IMG/VR virus record: IMGVR_UViG_2563367173_000002
Span: 46,562-110,561 of that record
Strand: one strand, 5' to 3'
DNA length: 64,000 bases
Source of the DNA: a virus
Lineage: Duplodnaviria; Caudoviricetes
Shown here piece by piece: positions 19,565-28,706 of the stretch; within the stretch, counting starts at the first letter, position 1, and each line of letters begins with the position of its first letter. The position numbers and the translations under genes were made by a program. Under the pieces are notes generated by a model. The model was given only the letters and a program-made list of their open reading frames with translations, made no database searches and was not told the origin of the DNA.

Positions 19565-20602
19565 TTATTTTCCAAATAGCTCTTCTACATATCTATCCAT
19601 CTCATATCCCAATTTCACACAATTGCCATGTGATATATGATTTTTCCAAGCATTGTAACTCTCATAAAATTTCTCTTTGCTAAGTTTTCCACACCTCACT
19701 AATCCAACCATTTTCTTAAATTTCTTTTTAGCGGCATGTTTATTTTCGTTCTTCAGCTTTCGGATTACTTTACCACCTGAAGTCACATATGTATGAAAAC
19801 CACAAAATTTGATTCCATTTTTAAAAGGAATGACCTGAGTCTTACTGTTTAATTCAAGACCTAATGAATACACAAACTCATAAATAGCTGCTAAACACCA
19901 TTTCGCATATTCTTTATTTTGTACTATCAAATAAAAATCATCCATATATCTACCATAATATTTAACTCCAAGTTCTCCTGTGATAAAGTGATCTAACACT
20001 GATAAATATAAAAGTGCAAATACTTGACTAACCTGATTACCTAATGGAAGTCCTACTCCCTCAGTACTATCAATAAACTTCTCACACAGCCAATACACTT
20101 CTTTATTTTCTATAAAATATTTCAAAATATCCTTCAAAATATCGTGATTGATATTGTAAAAGAACTTGCTAACATCAGCTTTTATAATCCAACAATCATA
20201 TCCATACTTCTGATATGCAAGATACATCTGAGCTTTTAAGCAATCCAATCCATACAATGTACCTTTGCCAATCTGTCCAGCATAATTTGTTTGAATAAAC
20301 TCTTTATTCAATCTTGGAATCAGTACATTATCACACAAACTATGCTGTACAATTTTATCTACAAACGAACATGCTTTAATGACTCTCTCTTTCGGTTCAT
20401 ATATTATAAATTCATTGTATTTTGATACTTGATATGTTTTAGTTTCTAATTTTCTCTTTATTTGATGAATTCCATCAAGAGCTAATACTTGGAATTTTTG
20501 ACTGCTTTTTGAAAAACCTTTACCTGATTTAGATTTTAAATATGCTTGATACAAATTACCGAAATCTACTACTTTTTCAAAATCTGTTTTATCTTCTATC
20601 AT
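19565..20602 (-). CDS. DGR reverse transcriptase
   Basis: EPKER, DKIVQH, GKGT, KADVSKFF, GLPLGNQVSQ (DGR-type SQ), RYMDD, FCG. Confidence 0.95.
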   Translation of the reverse strand: MIEDKTDFEKVVDFGNLYQAYLKSKSGKGFSKSSQKFQVLALDGIHQIKRKLETKTYQVSKYNEFIIYEPKERVIKACSFVDKIVQHSLCDNVLIPRLNKEFIQTNYAGQIGKGTLYGLDCLKAQMYLAYQKYGYDCWIIKADVSKFFYNINHDILKDILKYFIENKEVYWLCEKFIDSTEGVGLPLGNQVSQVFALLYLSVLDHFITGELGVKYYGRYMDDFYLIVQNKEYAKWCLAAIYEFVYSLGLELNSKTQVIPFKNGIKFCGFHTYVTSGGKVIRKLKNENKHAAKKKFKKMVGLVRCGKLSKEKFYESYNAWKNHISHGNCVKLGYEMDRYVEELFGK

Positions 20603-20721
20603 AGTATTTTGTTCCTTTGTATTTATCCTGACATTTTTGAATCAGGAAAGGTTGTTTATTCTTTTGATATCGGGACTCTAATTTCAGTGTTTCTCTTACT
20701 TTCATTCGTCTTCCGATCCAG

Positions 20722-20804
20722 AACGGACGCACGCCTTTGTCATTCCAGTTGCAATCGTTGTAGTTCACATTGCCATTGGAGTTAACGTACTGAACATAGT
20801 GGGT
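20722..20804 (-). repeat. DGR template repeat (TR)
   Basis: 83-bp match to VR 21315..21397; AAC/AAT-rich; lies between avd and RT. Confidence 0.95.
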
Positions 20805-20825
20805 CATACAACAAACAACCTAAAA

Positions 20826-21194
20826 TTATCTCTCTTTATCTTTTGAACGCCATGCAATACTCATATATTTCACATCATTTATTTGTTTCTGCCAATATCC
20901 TACTGTATCACTTCCAATTAATTTCAATTTCATAGAAAGTTCCACATAACAAGACAACTTATCACAACATGAAATTGCTTTTGTTTGTAATTCTTGGCGT
21001 TCCGATTTTGAAGTATCCAATTTCAGCCTATTTGCATCAAGCAAATATTCATATATATCCATACAGCGATTTTGGATGCGTTTTACCAATGTTAAATGCT
21101 TAACTGGATACCTCTTTCGGTTTGATGTAATTGTCATAGTATATTCCATAAGATTTATTGCTTTTACAATAACATCCAGTTTCGCTTCGCTCAC
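20826..21194 (-). CDS. avd: DGR accessory variability determinant (four-helix bundle)
   Basis: 122-aa basic helical protein (RYP...L..RI...AN...R...Q...W) between target and TR. Confidence 0.85.
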   Translation of the reverse strand: MSEAKLDVIVKAINLMEYTMTITSNRKRYPVKHLTLVKRIQNRCMDIYEYLLDANRLKLDTSKSERQELQTKAISCCDKLSCYVELSMKLKLIGSDTVGYWQKQINDVKYMSIAWRSKDKER

Positions 21195-21235
21195 TGGTTT
21201 TTCCCGCTCCTTTCAGTCGCTCATCGGCTACCTAC

Positions 21236-21253
21236 GGAATGCTGACGCATTCC
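21236..21253 (-). other. DGR post-IMH hairpin
   Basis: GGAATGC-4 nt-GCATTCC about 60 nt downstream of VR, inside an outer CATCGG/CCGATG pair. Confidence 0.6.
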
Positions 21254-21295
21254 TGATTACTGGCTACCCGATGGTTTTTTGCAAGATTCAAAGAT

Positions 21296-22066
21296 TTAAG
21301 ATTGAAGGATGAAAAACGGACGCACGCCCCCGCCATACCAGCGGCAACCGCCGTAGTCCACACTGCCATCGGAGTCAACGTACTGAACACAGTGGGCATC
21401 GTTTCTCTTCGGTGTCTGATTAGGATTAGCAAGCCAATACCAATTATCAATCAATGGAATACTTTCACCAAACTTCATAAGCAACTGAATATTTGGGATT
21501 GCTAAAATATCACCTTCAACACTTCCATAATCTTTAAATCCATCCATAGAAGTCAAATCAAGAGAAATCGGAACAAGTTTATCTCCAAATTCTTTCTTTA
21601 AATCCTCTGCCAACTCACTATTAATAAGATCTCTCCGCACATAAGATTCTGCATAATTATTTGTTTTACCAAAGTCTGACTTTTTAAGAATCCCATTCAT
21701 AAAATAATATGTACGTTTCCCATCCTGAACACTTGTCCAATAATGCCCACAAATGAATTTTAACTGTTTTCTCCACTCATTCATATATTCTTCAACTGCA
21801 TTTCTAAAATCTTGTTTGTATCTCTCTGGGTCTTTTTCGTACCAATCAGGCACAATATCCTGATCGACCTTATATCTCCAGTCTTTTACATTGGTCATTT
21901 TATCATTATTTTTAGGAATTAACTCTGCTCTTACAAATGTTTTAGATGCATTCATGTGAGTATCTTCAATTCCAAGACTTTCCAATAAATCCGAATGGCT
22001 TTCATTTCCTTCTGGTGCTAAAACCACCTTGTTCTTCAAAATAATTCCACTCTTAAAATTACACAT
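21296..22066 (-). CDS. DGR target protein with C-terminal CLec-like variable region
   Basis: Ends WYWLANP...VQYVDSDGSVDYGGCRWYGGGVRPFFIL and contains the VR. Confidence 0.9.
   Translation of the reverse strand: MCNFKSGIILKNKVVLAPEGNESHSDLLESLGIEDTHMNASKTFVRAELIPKNNDKMTNVKDWRYKVDQDIVPDWYEKDPERYKQDFRNAVEEYMNEWRKQLKFICGHYWTSVQDGKRTYYFMNGILKKSDFGKTNNYAESYVRRDLINSELAEDLKKEFGDKLVPISLDLTSMDGFKDYGSVEGDILAIPNIQLLMKFGESIPLIDNWYWLANPNQTPKRNDAHCVQYVDSDGSVDYGGCRWYGGGVRPFFILQS
21315..21397 (-). repeat. DGR variable repeat (VR)
   Basis: 16 mismatches to TR, all at TR adenines (14 A>G, 1 A>C, 1 A>T), followed by invariant GGCGTGCGTCCGTT. Confidence 0.95.
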
Positions 22067-22143
22067 AACTTATCATCTCTCCTTTTCATTTTTGTGATAT
22101 ATATTTCTCTTTTCTTACTTGAAAGTTTCAATTCATTATAATA

Positions 22144-22512
22144 TTAGGTTTCTCTTTCAATTTCTATTCCTAACTCATATCTTTCATTAATAACATCATG
22201 TGCCATAATCTTATATCTTAGCTTATAATTCTTATTAAAAAATTCGCAAAATTTTTCTTTTGGAACAATATATTTCACATTTAAGAAACCATCTATATCT
22301 TTTTTAAATTCTTCTTTGTCATTGCCATAAAATCCAACTTTAGACCCACAAGACAAGCAAATAAGTCCAAATCCATCATCACCGTCTAAATTTACAACTA
22401 AATATATATTTGTTTGATTACAGATTTTATTCTCTGCAAGCAAAATATCTCCTACTCGTACTTTATAAATCACCTTCTCTTTTCCCTCCCATGCCAGATA
22501 CGCAAAATCCAA
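22144..22512 (-). CDS. hypothetical protein, paralogue of 18492..18815
   Basis: YKVRVGDILLAENK...GFGLICLSCGSKVG. Confidence 0.65.
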   Translation of the reverse strand: MDFAYLAWEGKEKVIYKVRVGDILLAENKICNQTNIYLVVNLDGDDGFGLICLSCGSKVGFYGNDKEEFKKDIDGFLNVKYIVPKEKFCEFFNKNYKLRYKIMAHDVINERYELGIEIERET

Positions 22513-22557
22513 TTATATTCATTTTTACCACTTAATTTATCGTCCACCATTATCATT

Positions 22558-22764
22558 TTACATATAATATCTTGAAGCAAATTCCCAAGCTGTCATATTT
22601 TTATAATCAACAGTTTGTTTCGTCTCTCCATTTTCACATCCGTTTTGTTCTACTTTTTCTGTAGAAATAATTTGATTATAATATGAAGAATTTTCATTAC
22701 AACATATTTCTTCATCAGTTAATATGTTATTTGTTTTAGACCAATAACAATCTCTGCAGTTCAT
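22558..22764 (-). CDS. small Cys-containing hypothetical protein
   Basis: MNCRDC...; AAGGAG RBS. Confidence 0.55.
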   Translation of the reverse strand: MNCRDCYWSKTNNILTDEEICCNENSSYYNQIISTEKVEQNGCENGETKQTVDYKNMTAWEFASRYYM

Positions 22765-22799
22765 CTTAAAATCTCCTTAGATAAAATCAAATTTTTATC

Positions 22800-22828
22800 T
22801 TGACAAATTCTTATCCTCATATTATAAT
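22800..22828 (+). promoter_or_regulatory. consensus sigma70 promoter
   Basis: TTGACA-17-TATAAT followed by TAGC repeats. Confidence 0.8.
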
Positions 22829-22878
22829 AGCTATAAGCTAATAGCAACTAGCTATAATTTTGTGAGGAGGACATTACT

Positions 22879-23133
22879 ATGATTATCACATCAGAAACTT
22901 CATTAAGCGATTTGTTTGAGATTGCAATCAAAGCCACTAAAGATCTTTCGCCTAATGAGGAATTCATCGTTAAAGATTTATTCCGTGGATTTGAATGGAA
23001 TAGGATTCCAAAGGGCAATCGTACCAAATTAGGTTCACAGTTCTTTACTTATGTAAATTCAAACAAATGTGAAAACATAATCGCACTTGGCAAAACTGCT
23101 CAAAATCAGCAACGCTATAAAAGTACAATTTAA
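22879..23133 (+). CDS. DUF1413-like small DNA-binding protein
   Basis: EEFIVKDLFRGFEWNRI...RTKLG..F...Q.Y; own promoter and terminator (ATGGGATAG...CTATCCCAT). Confidence 0.7.
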   Translation: MIITSETSLSDLFEIAIKATKDLSPNEEFIVKDLFRGFEWNRIPKGNRTKLGSQFFTYVNSNKCENIIALGKTAQNQQRYKSTI

Positions 23134-23475
23134 TAATGTTTTTTATGGGATAGAATTCTCTATCCCATATTTCATGAAATGAATTTTTCAAAGACTTATT
23201 CATTCTTCTATTGTTTTCATACCATCCTTAATACAATCAACCACTATATATTCTGCTTTTTTTAAACTCACTCCCTTCTCTTTCGATATTCTTTTTGCCA
23301 AATATTTACTTGTTGCAACAAGCGGTGTCAACAAATCAAGATTTTTTCCTACCACTTTTACTTTCGCTTTTTCATCTTTTAAAGTTGCAAATCTCATTTT
23401 CAAAATATATTTCTCCTTTTGCTTTTCAATTTTCCGTATGTGTAGTATAATACTGTCAAATATTATTGAAAGGTC

Positions 23476-24168
23476 GTGATTTTTATGTCTAGTTTTCAAT
23501 GTCCATTTTGTTCCAATTTTATGTCTGTAGATTTTGGAACCTTTGCGAAAAAATATGTATCTTTTGCTGAATATCCTTTTGAAAGCAATGGAGATCCCAG
23601 AAATCGTACTCCAAATGAGTCATGCGTTGAAATTGATTTTTATAAATGTCCAAATTGTGAAAAATACTCAATTGTGGCTAATGGTTTAGGTACTAATGTC
23701 AATAATATAAGTTCATCATTGCAGCCAAAATCATCAGCCAAACAATTTCCTGATTACATACCAGAAGCAATCCGACAAGATTATGAAGAAGCATGTGCTA
23801 TCGTAAATCTTAGTCCAAAAGCATCTGCAACTCTTTCTCGCCGTTGCTTACAAGGTATAATTCGTGACTTTTGGGGAATTAGCAAAGCACGTCTTATTGA
23901 TGAAATAAACGAACTTCAAAATAAAATTCCAGCACAACAATGGAAGGTTATTGATGGAATTCGCCGGATTGGTAATATTGGCGCCCACATGGAAAAAGAC
24001 ATTAATCTTATTGTTGATATTGACCCAGATGAGGCACAAAAACTTATTAAACTTATAGAGCATTTATTGGATCAATGGTATATCAACCGCCATGAACAAG
24101 AACTTCTTTATACTGATATAATTGACATTGATAAAGCAAAACAATCTGAACGAAAGAAAACTGAGTAG
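23476..24168 (+). CDS. DUF4145 (HEPN-like) domain protein with N-terminal Zn ribbon
   Basis: DYEEAC...SPKASATLSRRCLQ...IRRIGNIGAH. Confidence 0.8.
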   Translation: MIFMSSFQCPFCSNFMSVDFGTFAKKYVSFAEYPFESNGDPRNRTPNESCVEIDFYKCPNCEKYSIVANGLGTNVNNISSSLQPKSSAKQFPDYIPEAIRQDYEEACAIVNLSPKASATLSRRCLQGIIRDFWGISKARLIDEINELQNKIPAQQWKVIDGIRRIGNIGAHMEKDINLIVDIDPDEAQKLIKLIEHLLDQWYINRHEQELLYTDIIDIDKAKQSERKKTE

Positions 24169-24172
24169 AAAA

Positions 24173-24346
24173 CTACTCTTTTTCTTTTGCACATGGATCA
24201 CACTCAGCTAATAATTTACCTTCAAAATCCCAATACTGTTTCACTTCTCTGCATTTATCTTTTTCTGTGCCTTCACCTCGTAAGGCTGTAGTTTCTATAA
24301 CCTGTATTACTCTTGCATCATCTGTTCCTCTTGGTCTTGCCATCAT
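24173..24346 (-). CDS. small conserved phage protein
   Basis: Manual translation MMARPRGTDDARVIQVIETTALRGEGT...QYWDFEGKLLAECDP. Confidence 0.55.
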   Translation of the reverse strand: MMARPRGTDDARVIQVIETTALRGEGTEKDKCREVKQYWDFEGKLLAECDPCAKEKE

Positions 24347-24382
24347 ATCTCCTTTCTCAACTCAAAATGTTAGTTTTATTGT

Positions 24383-24799
24383 TTAATTCATTCCTATCAT
24401 TTTACAAAAATACATCGCTGCTTTTCCATTTCTGCCCTCATGTTTCCTTCCAATACATCCAACTAAAGCAGAATCTAACGAATAGTAACTTGTATTGGTG
24501 TCTTTATAATTGATATATCCATGATAATGAATTTTCTGATCTTTTATTGCTTCAATAATCTGATATTCTCCAACACAATGAATTTTAACTACTTCTCCCC
24601 AATGATACTCTCGCTCTATCAAGTCAAGTTTTTCTTCATGTGTCGCTTCTCTTATATCATCTTCTGCTATTGCTTTCAGTCTTGAAGTAGAATATGTTCC
24701 ATAATTGCAAGGTAAAAATCTCATAACCTCTCTATTGTCATAATCTGTAACAACAGTTCCAACTTCACTTTTGTATATAACAATATCTCCACTTTTCAT
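24383..24799 (-). CDS. hypothetical protein
   Basis: 138-aa ORF translationally coupled to thg1. Confidence 0.55.
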   Translation of the reverse strand: MKSGDIVIYKSEVGTVVTDYDNREVMRFLPCNYGTYSTSRLKAIAEDDIREATHEEKLDLIEREYHWGEVVKIHCVGEYQIIEAIKDQKIHYHGYINYKDTNTSYYSLDSALVGCIGRKHEGRNGKAAMYFCKMIGMN

Positions 24800-25633
24800 T
24801 ATTTTTCTCCCATATTCACAAACTGTTCAATATACTTCCTGCCATCGCCCTTGAAAATCGGAATGTCATAATCAATAATCCAATTATTCTCACCCTGTTT
24901 CGGATCGCGCAACATACACGTTTCTTTTACATCATCTGATTCAAGAACAATTTTATTTCTAACTACGCAACTCCCACGCTTTTGATATGTAGGAAAGTCA
25001 TTCCAGTTAATACCTTTTTGAGTCATGAGCATATCCTGAATATCATTACAAGATTTAAACTGCAATTCCCTATGGCTGAAATTTGCTTGTCCTACCATCT
25101 GAATACTGTTTCTGGAAGCGTCTAATTGTCTCCAATAGAAGTAATTTGTCACTTCTTCTTTTGGAATATTGAAGACTCTGGCATCAAACATAGCACCTTT
25201 CTGTGCTGCCTTATATAAAATACAAGAATACTCTTCTTCTAACGTTCCTTTAATATGTAATTCTCCTACCATATCGCGAAAAATATTATTAAACGCCATA
25301 GTCGCCATACTTGCAGAAATACTACACATTTTCTGAATTTCATAATCAAACCAAGCTGAAGTTTCAAATCTCTGATAGTCAATCAATAGCAAAGAAATTT
25401 CGTCCGACTGTGTATATGCTAATGAGCAACCCTGGATATTTTCACAAAGATATTTTGCTGTTTCTTGCATAGTCTTAATAAGGACATCATCAAATGGTCT
25501 TTTGAATCCTCTTGTGAATGTGTGGAATGCCTTGCCGTCAAAGACGAAGGATGACTGGCATACGATTCATCAATACACTTTTATGTACTGCTTCATATTT
25601 TTTCATTCGTTTTGCAATATTACTATTGTCCAT
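24799..25633 (-). pseudogene. thg1: tRNA(His) guanylyltransferase Thg1-like protein with a +1 frameshift near the 5' end
   Basis: MDNS...RMKKYE...PVILRL / DGKAFHTFT...QSDEIS...FDAR...WRQ; extra T at CTT-TGA-C (25537-25543). Confidence 0.85.
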
Positions 25634-25654
25634 CCTGTATAACTCCTTTCTTTT

Positions 25655-26731
25655 CTAAAATAAATTTACTTGTCTTAAATGATGTAATACGGTTTGAGAA
25701 CAGCAATTATATTTTTTGGCTATATCATAGTATTTCATTCCAGAAATAAACATATCTTCCCATTCCTTATAAAATTGCTTGTATCCCTCAAATCTCTTAT
25801 ATATTCCAACTTTTCTTAAATATTTTAGAACTGTTGTATTATCTGCTCCATATAATCTAGCAATATGCGTGTAACCCATTCCATTTAAATACAACTTTTT
25901 CCATTCTTCATAATAATCTTCATAAGATGGATAAAATTTCTCTTTATAATCCCATTTATATTTATAATCAGGAAATGGACATTCTCCAATAAATTCAAAG
26001 AACTGTTCCATTTTCTTTTTAGGAATGTAAATTGCATATTGATATTTGTTAGTTGATTTATTTTTGCCAGCCTTACATAATCTTGCACCAAAATCAGATA
26101 ATTGAGGAAGTAAAATTCTTTCTTGCTCGTTTTTATCAAAACAATTAGTGGCAATTTTTATACATTGACTATTATTTTTAAAAGAGTTGCATATGCTACC
26201 ATCTCCTATATACCAAATTAAACATATTAAGGGATTTAAAATTAAATCTTCTGGAATATGCTTAATTCCATTTTTATACCACCTATAATATTCAGCAGTA
26301 AATCCTTGATCTGTAATCGTTCTAAACGTATACCGTAAATACTGCTTCTTTGTTCTTTTATCAATGTATTCATATTTTTTTATTCCCTCTTTATATGAAT
26401 ATTCCATAAAGTCCTTACATACAAACTCAACATGTTGCTTTGATTTTGAAACATATGTAAACTGTGCATTTATACCGTTCTTACACTTTATCAGACTACC
26501 ATCACCTAATAATGCACCACATAACTTATTTCTTTGATATTCTGATAATTCCACTCTATTTGAAACACACCAAGCTCCTTGTTTATGAGCTTTTATCCCA
26601 TAATCTTTTAAGTTTCTTACAACAGTGTCAATAGAACAATTAAAGTATTTTGCAGTTTTAGCTTGTGATAATTTCTCCACTACATATTTTTGGTGCAGCT
26701 CATTTTTGTCCAAAATAATTCTTTTACTCAA
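25655..26731 (-). CDS. free-standing LAGLIDADG homing endonuclease with HTH repeats
   Basis: GALLGDGSL and IWYIGDGS motifs; N- and C-terminal HTH-like segments. Confidence 0.8.
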   Translation of the reverse strand: MSKRIILDKNELHQKYVVEKLSQAKTAKYFNCSIDTVVRNLKDYGIKAHKQGAWCVSNRVELSEYQRNKLCGALLGDGSLIKCKNGINAQFTYVSKSKQHVEFVCKDFMEYSYKEGIKKYEYIDKRTKKQYLRYTFRTITDQGFTAEYYRWYKNGIKHIPEDLILNPLICLIWYIGDGSICNSFKNNSQCIKIATNCFDKNEQERILLPQLSDFGARLCKAGKNKSTNKYQYAIYIPKKKMEQFFEFIGECPFPDYKYKWDYKEKFYPSYEDYYEEWKKLYLNGMGYTHIARLYGADNTTVLKYLRKVGIYKRFEGYKQFYKEWEDMFISGMKYYDIAKKYNCCSQTVLHHLRQVNLF

Positions 26732-26734
26732 TTC

Positions 26735-26835
26735 TTAAAATATTCCTTCTCATTAATCTTGTATTAGGAATCTTCTCATAAAATGTTTTCATACGATTTC
26801 CCTAAATCATCTCTTTTTATCTTTTTATCACTCAT
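26735..26835 (-). pseudogene. orphan 5' stub of a Thg1-like gene
   Basis: MSDKKIKRDDL/GNRMKTFYEKIPNTRLMR matches the Thg1 N-terminal pattern (L/I)xxRMKxYE...LMxR. Confidence 0.65.
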
Positions 26836-26836
26836 A

Positions 26837-27112
26837 CTATTTCTCCGTTTCTACTTTATCCCATTGCGCACCACGAATACGACCTGCTTTATATAGTTCA
26901 TCCATTTCTGCCTTCATCCACGTTTTGAAAGATTCATAATCAAAATTATCATCAACATCTACTTCCCACTCCCACGCACCAAAACATTTATTATATGCTT
27001 CTATTGAATTAATCCCTAATTTCTCAAAAACTCTCTCAGCATATGTATTAGGTCTGATACCACCAGGAGCACAATCAATTCCAAAATATATCTTCATAAA
27101 ATTTTCCTCCAA
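26837..27112 (-). CDS. hypothetical protein
   Basis: MKIYFGIDCAPGGIRP...; GGAGG RBS. Confidence 0.55.
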   Translation of the reverse strand: MEENFMKIYFGIDCAPGGIRPNTYAERVFEKLGINSIEAYNKCFGAWEWEVDVDDNFDYESFKTWMKAEMDELYKAGRIRGAQWDKVETEK

Positions 27113-27459
27113 TTTCCCAATGAAATGCGGCTTTCAATGCATGATTTATTTAATTTCCTGTTTTATTTGAAATATATAGATTGACTGTATTATGTAAGTA
27201 TGATATTCTGAATTAGGCACTTAACGCAGAGTGCTTGAGAATGTAAAGAAGGAGGTATTGCTATTTTAACATTTATATGGAAAATATTATTTTGTAAAGC
27301 AAAAGCATTATTTATCCAAACAATGTAAGCTATCATTCCAACTCCTATTAAACATTCGAAAAATCTCATATGCTTCATTTCAACCATAATCTTTCGTTAG
27401 TGGACATCAGTTTCGGACTGTTGTAAGTCCTGTATCTATATAGAAACGGAGGATGTTTT

Positions 27460-27639
27460 ATGGAGCTAATTGGAATGATAGCGTCATGGGACTTTTGCCT
27501 GTTTCTTCTTGGCATCATCGGTGTTACTGTTTTTACATGGGTTCACAAGGTCATATCAAAGTGTAACCCAAAAATATTTGCTATCATTTGCGTGATAATA
27601 GCATATTTTGCAATTACATACATCCGGCAATGTTGTTAA
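27460..27639 (+). CDS. 59-aa two-TM membrane peptide
   Basis: GGAGGA RBS; MELIGMIASWDFCLFLLGIIGVTVFTWVHK...IFAIICVIIAYFAITYIRQCC; downstream hairpin plus T run. Confidence 0.6.
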   Translation: MELIGMIASWDFCLFLLGIIGVTVFTWVHKVISKCNPKIFAIICVIIAYFAITYIRQCC

Positions 27640-27989
27640 GAAACTGGTCAGAGAAGATCGGATTAGCTACCCGGTCTTTTTCTGTTTTTACATCCTCCGT
27701 AATCCGCGATTTTTTAGTGAAATAATCTGCTATATTACTTCCATATTATGTACTGATATTTTTAATATTTGTAACAGTTAACATCTCATATCAAATCTAT
27801 GTGTATCCTTATTAACAACCTGTGTTATATATTGTTCAAATGAATTTTTAGCATCGTCAATATTATTTACTTCATAACGCATTCCATCACAACCTTGTTT
27901 TTCAATCCACATATTCTGTCTTCCTCCACAGGAAGTATAAAAACGTATATGTAAATTAAAATTCATATCAAAATTCATTTTTATTCACC

Positions 27990-28406
27990 TCACAATAAAC
28001 ATGGTAATGCTTTTAAATATTTTTCTTTTAACTCATCTGTTAAAGTTTCTATCTGAGTAAGATGATCTTTAACATCTGCAAGTTTAACTAAGTATGCTTC
28101 TGGATAATTAATATAGTTTTCTTTGATTTTATTCAAATACTGCTCATATGTATCTTCTTTATTTTTTGTAATTAAGTTTAAACATGTTTCTACTCTGTAG
28201 TTAAAGCATCCATTATAATCTTCTAAATTGAAATCTGTATCTTCTAACAAATCATGCATTAGTGCTAAAACAATGCAATCGTCTAATTTATCTACAGGAA
28301 TTAAATTGTTGTTTGCTACATTTACTGTTACACGGACAGCGTGATAAAAAGCGTCCTTATTATAGTATTTTTCTGCTATTTTTAAAGCATCAATAAAATC
28401 ACTCAT
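27990..28406 (-). CDS. HD-domain hydrolase, Mesh1/SpoT small alarmone hydrolase-like
   Basis: H...ALMHDLLEDT...LVKLAD..DHL. Confidence 0.75.
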   Translation of the reverse strand: MSDFIDALKIAEKYYNKDAFYHAVRVTVNVANNNLIPVDKLDDCIVLALMHDLLEDTDFNLEDYNGCFNYRVETCLNLITKNKEDTYEQYLNKIKENYINYPEAYLVKLADVKDHLTQIETLTDELKEKYLKALPCLL

Positions 28407-28421
28407 TTATCTATCCCTCCC

Positions 28422-28685
28422 TTATCTGTAAAACATGTTCATAATGTCATATAATGGTGTAAAATAAACTTTCTGATGAAAACCATATTTTTTATCATAT
28501 TCTTGAACTTTTCCTTTTAAAGTACTATACAGATCCTGAACTTCTTTTAATAGCTTCCTACGTTCGGTCTCAAATTGTTCTTTCTTAATTCTTTCTTCTT
28601 CAACCCTTTTCTTTTCTGAATTTTCATGATCTAAACATTCTTCCTCTGTATTAAATACTTTTCCATCATCACTAATATATCTCAT
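28422..28685 (-). CDS. hypothetical coiled-coil protein
   Basis: DGKVFNTEEECLDHE phage-type N-terminus. Confidence 0.55.
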   Translation of the reverse strand: MRYISDDGKVFNTEEECLDHENSEKKRVEEERIKKEQFETERRKLLKEVQDLYSTLKGKVQEYDKKYGFHQKVYFTPLYDIMNMFYR

Positions 28686-28706
28686 TATTTTTTATCCTTT
28701 CTATTA

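Noticed and set aside
20589-20807. 72-aa ORF resembling the DGR target C-terminus
   Set aside because: It is the TR read in frame; TR functions as RNA and there is no convincing RBS.
25634-26760. Group I intron or intein around the LAGLIDADG gene
   Set aside because: No space for intron core helices and no intein N/C-terminal residues; the ORF is free-standing.
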